Positions 23,754 through 38,084 of a stretch of DNA of 64,000 nucleotides are shown piece by piece. Positions within the stretch are counted from its first letter, which is position 1. Every line of letters starts with the position of its first letter. The notes under the pieces are model-generated. The model did not search any database. It was not told the DNA's origin and saw only the letters and a list, made by a program, of their open reading frames with translations. Source of the stretch: Monocercomonoides exilis PA203 (Eukaryota; Protista; Preaxostyla); NCBI GenBank assembly GCA_001643675.2, contig LSRY02000035.1, positions 434,001-498,000 of the forward strand. The letters run 5' to 3'. The position numbers and the translations under genes are program-made.

Positions 23754-26700
23754 TTATAGAAAGTCAAAAATCAACCCTTGTTTATGAGCCGTACTGTCGA
23801 ACTTGTTATAATCAGAAGCGCAATAAAGAGCAAGAAAAACATCACTCAGACCCTCTTCTTCTCCAAGCTTTAGCGAACTTGGTTCCAACGAAATCATTGA
23901 AAGCACTTTCAGAATTGATTTTGATAATCTTCTCGCATAGAAGCCGCATGCGAACATTGCTGCTGAAAGAAGAATAGAAATATACTCTGGATACGGAACA
24001 GCCACATCATTTCTTCCCTTTGCGACGTATTTATCGCATTCATCAAGATTGAAAATTGACCTCACCCACAGCGCTGACTGGCATCTTGACGGAAGCAAAC
24101 AACGTTTGAAAAGCGGACGGCGCAGGTAAAACGAAAGGAGCATTAGAGGACTGCGCAAGACACTTGCACAAGCACAGCTGTACAGCATCTGAGTGGCTTC
24201 ATCAAAGCTGCGCTGGACATTCGAATGAAGCTGTGGAAGGACAAACGTTTTGTCATCCTCAAGCTCATTGATATCCACATCAGTTGTCAGATTAAGTTCC
24301 ATACAAGGCGGGGCTAATGCAATCAGGAAATATGCACATTTCTCTCTGAAGTCTCTGTGTTCAATAACATCATATCCGCAAAAGACTGAATGAATAAGAC
24401 GCAAAATGCAGCGCAGAACAGGTATTGAGGGAAGCTTGGTAACTTTCGGCACAACTTTTGGCGCAGGGATATTTCTGTGCTTCTTATTCCAAGCATTGAC
24501 GAAAACTGGATCCAGCGTCCATAAGAACGAAAAGCCAAACTGTTGTTCAATAAAATCAAGCACGCCATATTCAAGTGGGTTCGACATGCGGAAATTATCG
24601 CCTGGAGAATTGTTTAGAATTAGAGGAAAATGTTCATTAAAAAAAAATAGAATATGAACAGTTAAAAAAAAAAGAAAGTAAGAAAAAGTAAGAAAAAGAA
24701 AGACATATTTGTCAATTCACGAAATAAAAATTGAAAATGTGAACAAAAAACTTTCAAACACTCTCATTGTTATTTCTCACAGCATCCAATCATTCACATA
24801 CCCATCTCCAAAGCACAGCACAGCGCTGTCAAATTGCAGATCAGATCCAACTCATCCAGAGGATGAAATATGTTCCTGAATATGTGTGCGATTTGAAGAG
24901 GAGAAATGACATAATCATCATATCCAGCACTCAAAATATAGCTGAACGGAACATCGCTCTTTCGGAACTCATCTATGCCAATGCCATTCTCAAAAAACAA
25001 ATCATGCAGGCTGTTGCAGAATGGAAACATCCAAATCGATACACCTTGCATCGCCATCACATTCAGCACATAAAACACATCTGCATTTCCTTCGCATTCT
25101 CCTGTCACATACGGACGCAAGGGAGAGATAAAGTCACTCGACATTAATCGGTGCATTATCGAAGAAGAAGCTGGATTCTTTGGCTCACAAACACTGGAAA
25201 TGTGCTTCTGGTAAAGGATCGGATTCACAGAAGAGCCGATCCGTTCATTCTTTCTGTTGGAAGAGGTTTCCTCTCCTTTCAACTCACTTTTGAGGAGAAA
25301 AGCAACAATGTGCAGCACCTCTTTTGCCATCCCAAATTTTGGATTTATGAATGGCATAATCAACATAAAGATCCTGTCCAGCAGCTTAGCATTCGTAAAC
25401 ACTTTAAGCATCCTCATCTCTTCCTTCTGCAGCAGCCGCGAAAAGAATTGCGGAAACCGCTCATGGCTTGCATTGTAGAAGCGCATGAGCACATTTTCCA
25501 GTGTCTCAATACACTTCGCTTTCACATCAGATGCAGTGGCTGAAGAAGCAGCAGAAGTTGAAGCAGAAGAAGAAGCCGTGTCTATCAGCGACAGAAGCGT
25601 TGAGGCCAATTTGACCTGAGGATTAAGCTCTTCTTCTGCCACGCTCACACTCACCGTCTCAATCAGCTCCAGCGCCATCTTCACACCTCGCAAAGGGATA
25701 GCTCTTCCGCCTCGTAAAAGAAACAGAGTCGCACTTTTCCGCTGAACATTGTTCAATTTTGTGTTCTGCATCACCCACATCTGCACCACGTGCATGCACA
25801 GCCTCCCATACTGCAGCACATCCTCCACTTTCATGTCTGATTTCCTCTTCTCATTCACCCACTTCACAAACAGCTTCCTCCCTTCCAGCTTCTCCATCTC
25901 CTTTTTGATCTCCTTCTGCCTGTTTGACACCAGCAACGCATCAATCAGCGTGAATGCACACCCAACAACCTCATCTGAATGGTTTGTTCTCTCCATTTCC
26001 TGCTTGATCGAAGACATCAGCTCTTCCACAGAGAAGCGACAATTGACTGTCGGATCGATTCCTATCAGAAGCCTGAGAAGACGCAGCGACGCACTGAAAA
26101 GCTGATCAAACGGTGTTTTTTCCTCTTCCTTCTTGCTTTCCTCTTCCTGCCATTCCTCGTCATTTTCTGCACTCTTAATCTGCTTCTTCTTGTATCTGTG
26201 CTTGTTTTCTTCTCCTTTGGCATCTGCTCTTCTTTCTCTCACAATTCCCTTCTCCCATTTCCTCAGCGTGTCAAACAGAGTATTCAGCAAGCGCTCGTCT
26301 CTCACTGCAGCACACAGGGCAGGCTTCCAGCGGAGGACATATGCGATGATATTCAAGGCATCTGAAGCAAGGGAAGGTGGAGAATCAGCAGAGACAGCTG
26401 CATTGACTGACACAGGGAGAATATTCACACTGGCAAGAGAAGGAAGAAGAGTGATGACTGACTGAGAGACACTCGAGATGTAGAAAGAGGTCTTTTCTGC
26501 TGAAGATTTAGTTGGCTCAGTTTGCTTTGAAGAAGAAGATGGAGAAGAAGAAGAGGAGGAGGAGGAAGAGGAGGAAGAAGATGAAGGAAATAATGAAGAA
26601 GAAAGAGTCAAAGAAGAAGGAGGAGTCAGAGACAGAGGAGGAGGTGAGAGAGGAGGTGAGAGAGGAGGGGAAAGAGGAGGTGAGAGAGGAGGAGGAGAAA

Positions 26701-28304
26701 GTGGAGGCAAAAAAGAAGATGGAAAAGCAGATGAAGAGGAAGAAGACGAGGAAGAAGATAAGGAAAAAGAAGAAGAAGAAGAAGAAGAAGATACACTCTG
26801 TGAAGTTTTTGGTTTTGGAGGATCAACAATAAGCTGGAGAACGATTGGCTCTGAATTCTGCGATAAAGAAGAAGAAGAAGAGGAAGAGTAAGAAGAAGAA
26901 GAGCCATCATCCACTTTTTGTGGTGAAATATCAATTGTACCCTCTTCGCTTTGGATAGCAATCTTCATTGCAGCAAGAGTGCTTATGAAGGAGAAGAGGC
27001 AGCAGCGAAGAGGAGCAGAAGAGGAATCGAGAAAGCTGACAATTTGAGACAGGAGAGCATCGTTGCTGAATGCTGTGATGAACAATGGATGAAGCTCGGC
27101 TATTTACAGAGAAAGAGGAAAATAATTATTAAATTAAATAAATGAATAAATGAATAAACAAAAAAAATTTTGAATGAAAATTTGTATATTCGATTAAACA
27201 AATAAGACTTTTTGAATTTTCAAAAAAATAATAATTCACAAAAGCTCAACAAAAAATACCACATAACATAAAAATTTCCTCTTTTCATATTTATTTTTTG
27301 AAAAAAAAATACTCATTTGTTCAACATCAGCATACGATTATTCTTTGCAACGCTGTTCATTTGACTGATGAATCTTACAACCTCATCCAAAAACTGCTTT
27401 TTTGGGGACTTTTCGTTCTCCTTCTGCGAACACAAAAGCAGCTGAACGATTATCTGGGAGATGTCTGTCACTTGCTTCGGAAGAGAAAAATGTGGCAGAC
27501 AATTCAACAGAATGGAGAGGAATGAATGGAGCAAGACGATGTCTTCTTTGGAGATATCAAAAGAATTGGGGGGAATAGAAGAAGAAGAAGAGGAGGATGA
27601 TGATAATGAAGAATTGAAAAGTGAGAATCCACAAGATTTCGATGGCTTCAATGGCACATCATTTGAGTGAGATTTACACTCATCTTCGTCTTTTGCAAAT
27701 TGTCTCTTCAACATCTTTTGAATCTCTCCACAAACACACTCAATCCCACTTTCACTGAAAAACAGACTTCGAATTCTCATTTCTTCGCTTTCTTTCTCCT
27801 TTGCCCTCCGCTCTGCTTCTCTTATTTTGTGTGCTTTCTTTTCTTCTTCTTCTTCTTCTTCTTCAGTCCTCCTCTTTTCCTCTTCCTCTTCTTTGGCTTC
27901 TCTGTCCTTTGGTGACTTAGTCGTCTTGCTTCCTTTTGCAGTCTTTGATTGGCTTTGTGTTTGATTAAGTGCTTTCCCCTTCACTTTATAAACTCTATCA
28001 CTATCATCCTCTCTTTCTCCTTCTCTTTCTCTTTCTCCTTCTCTTTCTCTTTCTCCATCTCTTTCTTCTCCATTGCAAATTGTTCCTTTCTTCCCCTCTT
28101 CTGTATCTTCATCGCCTTCACTCACAACACCCAGCAGCTTTGAGAGAACAGCACAGACAGCATTTTTGATCTCATCGTCAGCCACACAAAGACACTGCAG
28201 CAGAATTCGCATGTGAATCGATATGACATGCACTTGGTTCGATTGAGGCTGATTTTCGGGAACATCATCATTGCTATTATTAGTATTTGATGAATTGAAT
28301 AAAG

Positions 28305-28335
<31 letters not shown>

Positions 28336-29498
28336 CTCTGGAGAAAGCTCACTTTCTTTCCATGGTTTGCCTTTTTTGATGCTCTTTCCATCCTTCCTTT
28401 GGCACAAAGTCGACTTTGTACTCGTGTCTCTCTCATCCTTCGGAGCAAACCGCTCAAAAATTATCAAAGCGAGTTTCTTCCACTTGCTCCACCCAGCTGC
28501 TGCAAAGGTCTCCTCTTTTTCTTCTTTGTTCTCCTTTTCGTCTTCTGCCATTGCTCCATCACTGTCTCTTTCCCGGCTTCTTTTGACTTCTCCTGCTTCA
28601 GACGCTTTCTTGACGGCAAGTCGTATCAGCTCTCTTCCAATAATCATCTCGCCGACCACTCCTGTCTCATCCCTCTCCGCAAAATTGAGGCACATTTCAC
28701 CAATTGTGGCAGAGATCGCATCATTCCCATGCTCCATCATCACTTCCTTCACCACATCGAACAACGATCCATCGCCAACAATCTTCAACGGAGAAGGTGA
28801 AATGGACAGCAGCAGAAAATTCTTCAGTAAAGTTATCATGGTTTCTTCTTTGCATGTCGATCTAAATCAAAACAAATAAAAACAAAAAATAATTTTTTTT
28901 TCTTCACAAATGCTAGTTGTAACGTGTTGCGAACCTGAGCAATCTGAGATTAACTTCAGCAAGTTTTTCCAAATTACTTTCCACGTTGTAAGATTTTATT
29001 TCGTTTTCAGCTTGGGAAAACACAAATTTCGTGTTTATAAATCAACTCAATAAATAAAACGTTAACAAAAAGGTTCAAACAAACCAATTGCACTCAAAGC
29101 CTCCGCAATTGTTTGAAACGCACGCTCCTCCTGCATCTCCATAAGTTCATTTGCTGCTTCAATAATTGCATTTATCTCCTCCAACGAAAACGAATGTTTA
29201 CTTAGTTCAAAAAATGTGTCCAAAAGTAGATTCTGCGCTTCGACATTCATCTTCCACTTTTTACAATATTCCACAAGTTGCAAATACAATTTTCTTTTTG
29301 ATGAAGGATTTTTATTACTATTGCAGCCTTTCACCTTTTTGCTTCATGCAGAAAAAGTGAATTTTCACAAATAAAAAAAAAAAAGCATTCAACAATTCAT
29401 TGATATTGAAATAAATAGAATATATAAAAAAATAGGATAATTATTGCAAACAGCAGATTCAACAACGATTCACGCTCATCACTTTCATTTTCCGACAT
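23754..29498 (-). CDS. Large multi-exon helical-repeat (ARM/HEAT-like) protein with low-complexity inserts, paralog 1
   Basis: Four long minus-strand ORFs. Frame-compatible introns at 29451-29342, 27335-27100 and 24801-24602; exons around 28860-29075 not fully resolved. Leu-rich amphipathic segments; homologous to 46361-51980. The fold call is inference. Confidence 0.7.
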
Positions 29499-29847
29499 AT
29501 ATTCAAAGCAAATAACTCTGGGTATATAAAACATTCAACGAAATCATCGCAACATAGAAATACACATATAGAATTATCACACATTTATTTTTGTAAGTTT
29601 GAGCAAATAACTGTTCCTATTGCTCAAAAATTTAAAACAAAATTTTAAATATTAAAATGGGAAAGAGGAAATATTTGATGTTTCGTTTTGGATTATCAAA
29701 CAGATATAATCTGAATAGAACATTTGTTATTCGAATCAGTCGTTATTGATTTGAGATAATCATTGTTCATTTGAATTTTTAAACTGCAATTGTATTTTCA
29801 CCAAAACATCTGAATCACCTTTAAAAATGTTAGCTCACGTCAGTCAG

Positions 29848-32800
29848 TAGATGAATTTTGAATAGATTTTTTTGATTCAAATAAACCTAGTTTATTCAAA
29901 TGAACTCATGTTTATTCGAATAGATCGAGTTCATTTGAATAAACCGAGTTCATTTGAGATAGACTGGGTTCATTTGAGTTACGAAAATTAATTTTAAAAA
30001 CAAATATTTTTTATGTCTATAAAATTGAACGCAAAAACTTTCAAATATTATTTGCATAATAATTATGTAATTTTGGAAATGATTTTTGTTGTTTTCGTCA
30101 AATTCTTTCAAAGATCATTAGGATCAAAATATCAAAAAAACCGTCAAAATTTTTTTGCACCAACAAACGATTAAATATATATCAACATCACATTCTTTGA
30201 TTGTTAAACCTTCTATGAATGTGCTCCACCTGTTTTAACATGTGTTTAAAATGATGAAAAGAAGAATTTCGTATTTTATTTCTAGAAATATGTATTTTTT
30301 CTATTGAGCAAATAAAGATAATTGAAATTATGCTAATTAATGAATTGGATTGCATCAATATATATGCAAACAACTGGTATTTACACTTAGATCTGCTCAA
30401 TAGCATTTAAAGACCGGAAATAATCATTAACAAATAATTGTGATCGATTTTTCTAAAAAAATGGATTCAAAAACAAACTTATTTGTCATCATTATTTTAT
30501 TGAATAATGAACAGAGTTCAGCCGCTTTTCTCTTGCAATTTATCTGCGCTTCTCCAGTGACATTCCATTTTGCGTTAGAGGTTTCCTGTTTAAAATATGC
30601 GAAATGTTATTCTAACAGTTTCAATCCATCGAATGTTGAGGCCACGTTCTAACTGCATCACATGAGAGCAGCATTGATTTGACAAATGTTTCCATGAGCA
30701 AAATGGAGCTGATGATCAGAAGAATTGTTGTCATGTTTTCACAGGCTGTGTGGAGAGGCGAGTTGATAGGATTAATTGAAGTTAACAGTGAAATTGTTCA
30801 GTTGAAATGTTACGCGCTTTTTTCGCTTCTCCAAAGTCCACCATCTGAATCTTCCTTATCAGCTGCATTGGTAGCGAGCCTTGTAGCGAGTCTGTGCAAA
30901 ACACATCGATGAAGAACTGTAAAAGCAGCCAAAGTGAAAGCGGCGGAGGAATGATCATAAAATTAAGCGAAGGAGGGTATTTTGAGAGCCGTTTTTCCAC
31001 AATCTCAGGATGTTTCTGCTCGGCGACTGGAAGAGGAGGAGCGATATTCCTGGACTGCTCTTTGATCACAAGAGATGGTCTGCTTCCTTTCCTGCTGAAA
31101 AACACCACGTTCATGGAGAACAAAGCATATGTGGGAAAAGACGTGTATGTGAAATGCGCGAATGTCAAAACTCAAATAGGCGCAGAGCTATTCGAGCTCG
31201 ATTTCAGAGCACCGTTTGTTCGGGAGTTTGCTATGTGGGGATGCACAGCACAAGACCATGTTGATGAACAAGATCTGCTGCTGCTTGTTGTTGTGTGTCG
31301 GAGAGAGACTATATTTCCATCTTCTTCATCCGACAACTCCTCCGATTCACGCCAGTGCGGTGGAATAAGTCAACCTTGCATTTCCTTGAATGTTGCTCTG
31401 CCCCACATCATTCTTTTAGTTTACAGCAAGTTGCTGATCGGCAAAAGCGCTGTGGTGTCAGGGGAAGCAAGTGCTTGAGATGTTTGGATCAAGTCGCTGG
31501 ATGTGGAAGGCGTAAGATGGATTATTCTGCTGAATATCAGCATTGGAAACAAGAGGAGCAGTCTCGTTTCGTGCTTGCTGAGAGTGAAAATGGAATTTCT
31601 AAGACTTTTGTTTGGAAGCGCTTTTTCTTCTTCTCATTCCAGCTTGATATCGCTTGCTGATGGCAACTTGTCGATTGCAGACACAATCTTTGCTCAAGAA
31701 GCTTCGAGTGGAAATTCTGAAATGAAACTGAACTGCACCATCATTCTTGTGGAGAATGGCAGGCTATCGATCAACGGATGCACTTTTGTTTCCCCTCGTA
31801 TTAGTACTTCATGCGTAGCAGCAAGAGACTGACAACATTGATCAGATATGAACTTGAACATTTCTGATATGAATTCTGCTGTGTTGTTGGACTTCCGCAA
31901 TCTGGAAAGCTTCTCTATGCAGCAAGTGCTTATTTCCAGTTGCGCACTTGAACAATCCGTCCTTATCCTTCACAACTGCAAAGACTCTCAGCTGCAGAAG
32001 GTTCAAGTCAGAAATGCAGAGAACAAAGCAAGCTTAATTGTGTTTTCCTCAGACGGTTCAGGAGGCCATTCAAATATCCAGTGCTATCATTCGGAATTCG
32101 ACTCCATATCTGTGCTATCTGGTTCTTTGCTTTCTGTTGAATGTGCAGATGCAAATGTTGAGATGAATTTCTTGGACATTTCGAACACGAAGCTCAGAGA
32201 AGGATGTGCAGTGAGTGTAGCATCAAATGCTTCCACATTCCAGCTGACGCAGTCATCATTTAAAAACATAACCCGAGATTCGTTTGGACCGTGCTGTTTG
32301 ACCTCTTCATCTTCGTCTTTATTGCTGGAATTGGAGAACTGCTCGAACAAAATGTGTGCTTCACCATCTGAAAAAGGGAGCATTCCAGCTTTGTAAGATT
32401 TGGGGAATGCTTTCGTATCATCGTGTGTGTTTGATGGAGCAGCAAGCGCGCCAGAGCTGAGAGTAAACGACGAGAAATTAGAAGAGCTGTGTCAGTGGAG
32501 TGGATCGATGGTTGATCTTCAAAATTGCAAAGGAAGGATAATAGACACGAGCATTGCCAACTCGTTGAAAGGAGGGCTGTCAGCTTCAGGCGGGAACGAT
32601 TTCATACGGTTTGGATTGTTTGCCAACAATAGTCGAGTACAGCTGGTCATCCGTCTTTGAGGAACAATATCGCCTGCTCTGGCCATGCGCTTTTGAATAT
32701 TCAGAGCCCGAAAGTCGGGGATGGCTTTCTTCCGAACATCTCGATGTGGATTTCCACCAGTTAGAGAACATTGTAAAAAAAATGGCTTCGGAAAGAGTAT

Positions 32801-33969
32801 CCCATTCCTCGTTCAACTAGCTAAATTCAGTGATATTTTGTTAAGAAGGCAATGCCATATCCCTGGATCTCATTGGTTCTTCGTTCATTCCCTGGAACTA
32901 ACTCCTCCAGATTGATTTTGTCAATTAATCCCTCCACAGACTCAGAAATATCCGCTGTATGTTGAACTTTTTGAAAATAAAACTGTTATCCATGTAATAA
33001 TCCAGTCTCGATCGTAACTTCAGTGCCTGAAACCACAGAATTGGCCACAAGCATCATGTTAAAATGCTCGAATACAGTGCATCTACAGTACAATTTCTTT
33101 TGAAGAACAACAGCGAAGTTGAATAAAAACCGATGAAAGAATTGCTAAAGGAAGAAGAGAAAGAATACTGTATCGACTTCCGATTGCAATTGTTATAACA
33201 TCGATAATTCTAAAGATTCTTTTGATTGGATTTATTATGTTTATTGCTCGTTGGAAGAAGATTTCGAATGAAGCGTAAGATTTGAGACAGATAGTTGATG
33301 ATACAATAAAGAATGTTCCGAAGGCATATGAATGTTAACTCCAGAGAAATTACCAGACCATCAAAGGAGGAAAGCGGAGAAGAAAGCAGTAAAGCGGAAT
33401 ATTGAGTTGCTTTGAGAAGAATATCTTTAAATGAAAATTGAATATATCCACTTAACGGAGAAAGCTGCAAAGGAGAAAGCTGCTTTAATCTGCGAATTCA
33501 ACTGTGCACTTCAGAAATATATGCTTTGTTTGTTGTAAATTACTCCGCGAACATCAAAACAAACAAATTATTGTTTTTTATATTTAATTACACAGAGATC
33601 AAAAAAAGTTAAAAAGTTGAAAATAGAACAGAATAATGATAACAAAATTATTTTTTCATTCACTTCACGTTATTTCTATCTTATAAAATCTTCTTCAAAC
33701 ATATATCAAATATTGTTCAAGAAAAAGGAAAAATCTTATTTTTTTTAAGAATTTTTCAATTTTTTTGTTGATAAAGTGAAAGATAAAACGTGAAAATATT
33801 ATAATAAGTTTTCACTACTTTTTCACAAAAACTTAATTTAAGTGTATCGCACTTTATTCAAGTGTCACTTCAACCATTTAAAATAACATGACTTCATTTA
33901 AGAAAAACCCAGTTCATTCAAATTAGTTGAATCTATTCAAATGAAAAAAATCTATTCACAATTCATCTA
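29848..33969. mobile_element. TIR-bounded 4.1-kb unit with hAT-like ends enclosing a surface-protein pseudogene
   Basis: Left end TAGATGAATTTTGAATAGATTTTTTT; right end (reverse complement) TAGATGAATTGTGAATAGATTTTTTT (25/26). Subterminal GTTCATT(T/C) repeats at 29900-29980 and 33890-33945. No matching TSD found. Confidence 0.65.
30600..33470 (+). pseudogene. Truncated GGA-repeat surface protein pseudogene
   Basis: GGGMII, GRGGAIFLDC, ENKAYVGKDVYV, DSRQCGGISQPC, LCQWSGSMVDL. TM remnant LPIAIVITSIILKILLIGFIMFIARWKK at ~33175-33260, followed by IVDDTIKNVPKAYE (matches IVEDTVKKDPKAFE in the 38-41 kb copy). Several stops and frameshifts; no kinase-like tail; boundaries approximate. Confidence 0.8.
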
Positions 33970-34430
33970 GTGCCCGTTAGTTTTTTTTTTTTTTTTTTTT
34001 TTTTGAGGCAGAAACCAACTATTTTTAATAAACCTTTGCGACAGACCGACATTTTCCAAAGTGTTCGACAAGTCGACCGACAAAGCAAAATATTTTCTTT
34101 AATATTAATTTTATTTTCATTCTTTTTTATTAATTTTTCTTATCATAGTATTTCAATTTTTATTTTATTTGTCGAAAAATAAACATAAACAACAATTTTT
34201 TTTTTGATGGAAATGAATAAATTTTAAAAATTTAGCAAATATGAATTTGATTTTTCATGGTTTTGAAATAAAAAAATTATCATTAGTCCATGAAAAATAA
34301 CTTATTATCATTATTATAACATAAGATTTTTAATTTTTCATTCGTATCAATAATTCATTTTTTCGACAAATATCAGTCAGTCGAATAGATCAGTCGGTCG
34401 AACTGAAAAAATGATTATTTGATAAATATC

Positions 34431-37400
34431 ATGAATCATTTGACAACATATGAGGATTTTTTAAGAATCTTGCCTTTGGAATTACAAAACAGTGCAAAAT
34501 CAAAAGAAATCGTATGAATTAAACAAAAGACAAATTTTCCAAAAACTTTTTTATTTCATTTATTGATAAAAGAGTGCTGCATTGAGCAAAAAAATTGAAG
34601 AGCTGAAAAAAAGTGATAGTTCATTTGTTGAGTTGGAACGTTCAAAATCAACAGTTATTGGGAAATGGTTGGTTTTTTCAAGTTTTGATCAAAAATTATA
34701 TCATTTCATTTGTTTTGATTATTATAAAGTATACAGGCATCCTAATAACACTGGAGAAGACATAGGAAAAGTTCACTTTGAAATTCAAAAAAATATAGTT
34801 TGGATAGCTAATACTCCTGTGAAAAATGATGGAACATTGAAAAAAGATGGACATATTTATTATTTGTGTCCAAACTGCAAAGAAGGAGTTAATTGTGGAG
34901 TTTCCGGAAGAAAAGGATGTGATCGAATAATTAATCATCAATATCCCCTTTTGACAAATTCATCAATCGTTATATTTTTGAAGCAGCATCATCCTCAGAA
35001 TAAAGCTGCTAATTCCTCAAACAAAAAAGAAACTCCATTTCATTTTCAATAAAATTTATTGAAGAAACAATTTTTGAGGTTAATTGGACATTGTTTCATT
35101 GCATTTTTGTCCACAAATTCATCTGAGTTTAATTGTTTTATTTCTTCTCAAAACAGATTTCTCAACAAAATCCATCATTAACTCCCGAAATTATATTTCC
35201 CACATTGGATAACAGAAAACAATCTTCAATTATTCACTATGAAGCGGATGGCGCAATTAAAGAAAGGGATGCTGCAATTTTCATTTCTTTAGTCGGAATA
35301 ATGATTGACAGCGGAGTGGTCGGTGGGAAAAAGTACACTGCGGTAACTGTGGTTCCGTTGAATCCAGGTGCAAAGCCAATGTTATATAAATTAGTTAAAG
35401 CGTGTTATTCTTCCTTTGATTATTCGCAACTTGCAGTCCAAATTATATCGGAAATAACAGATTTGCACGGAGAAGTTCGGTGCTTTTGCACAGATGGCTT
35501 GCTTCCTCAGAAGCTTGCAATTCAGAGCCTTTCAGAAGAAACCATTATAACAAAATCATTTTCCTTTTACAAAGGAACACCATAAATTTTTATTTATTGT
35601 TGAAACCATTTATTAAACTTTGTTGTTTCTCATTTTTTTTTATTACAACGAATTCTTTCGAACACAGAAAGATGCAACCATCACATTACCGAAACAAGTT
35701 AAGGTGATTTCCCGAAGGCAACCTTCAACACCAAAATGCCTTTCTTTTATTGAAACAAGATGGTTTTGCATTTTTGATATTTTTTTTTAGAAAGCATTTT
35801 CATGATGATGATTTTTCTAAATTGCAGGAATTGATTTTTATCGAAAATGTGATCAAATTTTAACTGCTGTTATTTCACTTAAGAGAACTTCAGTTACAGT
35901 TCGAGAAAGATAAAACGAAGTTTGGAGATGTTTTCCCTCTGCCAGTGAAAGCATTTTCTCTCCACTCATGGATGCAGGACCTTGAAGAATTCTCAGAAGA
36001 AAACTGGCAATCTGGTTTATGTGATATTATAATCCTTTTGTTTTTTTTTTTTGCAGGTGATGGGGGAAACCTGATCTCTTTAGCCTTTTCATTGACTCCT
36101 GGAGGGAGAAATAACTATCAATTGGGTTCCTTTTCCGAGTCTAACAACCTATGATTGAAAAGGCTGAAAGCGAAATACGAATTTGTTTTTTATGGTGAAA
36201 TATAGGATCAAACAACGAAACACTTTGAATCAAAAACAAATCAACAAAACTTGATTCAAAATACTTCTGAAAAAAGGAATCCAATTTACACATTTGAGCA
36301 ATCGAAACATATGCCATCCGCTTCTATTTCGTTTTCGTCCTTCGAATCCTTTTTTGTTTCCTCCCCGTCGTCTTCATCTTTTTTTGATTTTTCATCAAGT
36401 TTTTCTTCAAATTCTTCATCGTGTTCTCCTTCAAATTCTTCATCAAATTCATCAATGAACATAAGACAAATTTCATCAAACCAAGTTATTGATAAAGATC
36501 TTTGAACTCTTATCTTTGAAAAACGACATGACCGAAAGAAAGAATTATTTTCGAAAGCATCAAAACAAACCTTTGAGTTTAGAAGTCCAATTGATAGCGA
36601 TGTTTTTTTCAAATAAATTGTCATTCGATTTGCCTTCTTCTTCGTTAACATACTCATTTAACCCTTTCACAATTGATTCGTTTTTTTCAGTACTTCGATC
36701 ACTTAATCTGTCACTCTATGATAACACAAATAAAGACTCATCCTTCATTCCTCCATCAAGTTAGTCTTCTTCAGCCAAAATTTCTGAAAAAAAAGAAAAC
36801 TTATTACCAAGATATTCTTGAATTGTTCAACTTCTTCAAATAATCAAATAAAACTCTTCAACAAAATGTGAAGAGTCTTCTTCAAAACATGATGAGAAAA
36901 CAAGTGAAACAGATGACGATGAATTTGGACGTTTGCAAGCCGAAAGCGATTCTGAAGAAGATGAATATACAGAAAAATATGAGACCTCTTCCTCAACAAT
37001 GATAGAAAATGTTGAACACAACACTCGCAACAAAAGTTGAAAAGAAAATGAAAATTGTTCTGGAGAAATGGGAAAAAATGAAACGGATGATTTGGATGAT
37101 GAAGAAGAAAAGAAAAATGAAGAAAATGAAGAAGATATTGTTTTCGTCGGTTCAAATGAACAAATTTGAATTGGAACTTTTAAATATTTGGATCAAAATG
37201 TCAAAAAAACAAGAAAAATCCAAGAGAAAATTAATATGGACTGGTTCATTAGAATGAAATGTGGATATCATGGTTATATATCAAAAGTGTAACTGAACCA
37301 AACGGAAAACTTCAAGGAAAAGCAAGAAGCTTTGTGTTCTTCATTTCTTCTTGATTACCATCAATCATTTCTGCGAAATAATTTATTTGTTTTCTTTTCA

Positions 37401-37577
37401 GAAAAAAGCAAGTCTTGCATATTTCATTCGATATTTTCGAATGTTTGTTTCGCCTTGGTTGCATTTCCGTGTGGTGAAGCTTCTTGTGAGCGCCTCTTTT
37501 CTCGACTTCGACGTATTGTTGGGGATAGGAGACACTCTCTTTCTTTAGAAGCTCTCAATAATTTACTTTTTCTTTAG
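34431..37577 (+). pseudogene. hAT-superfamily transposase, degraded
   Basis: C-terminal dimerisation motif PCGEASCERLFSRLRRIVGDRRHSLSLEALNNLLFL (37460-37577). Catalytic-like IMIDSG and CFCTDG, and a CxxC..H BED-like N-terminus (YLCPNCK...IINH). Many frameshifts. CGAC-rich subterminal repeats at 34040-34400; element ends not resolved. Confidence 0.85.
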
Positions 37578-38084
37578 CTTTTTTTTTTCATTTTTGTTCA
37601 ATTAACATGCTCCTTTGTTATGAATCATATCACGCTTTAAAATAAAAGGCTAAATCTTTTTTTGAAAATTTGACAATTATTTTTTTTTCTTCACATCTCC
37701 ATAAGTTCATAAACAAATATTTTTTTGATGTTTAAGTTAATTTTAATATTTCGACATGATGCATTTTCAAACAAAAATTGTGAACACACTCTTATTTGTT
37801 CATTCACGAACTGCGTCTCCCTGCAAAAACATATGCTTGCAATTTTTGAAGTCGCACATATACCGACTTCCTCAACTATTTTTTCAAATATCCATCTTCC
37901 ATCTTCTCTTGAGCAAAACTTTTGATCATTCCAGCAAAAAAGGTAATAATCCTTCAACTGTATGAAAAACTTCAAATTTTCTTAACTTCTCTAATGTATT
38001 CTTTCAAGATGTCTAAAGTTGAACATTTCATGTATATTTCATGAATCCTTTTTGCACGCTTCTGCTTTTTTTCTTTTTTTGCTT

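Noticed and set aside
29880-29980. Short periodic repeats that look CRISPR-like or iteron-like
   Set aside because: Units are ~20 nt and degenerate, lack unique spacers and have no cas genes nearby. They are better explained as transposon subterminal repeats.
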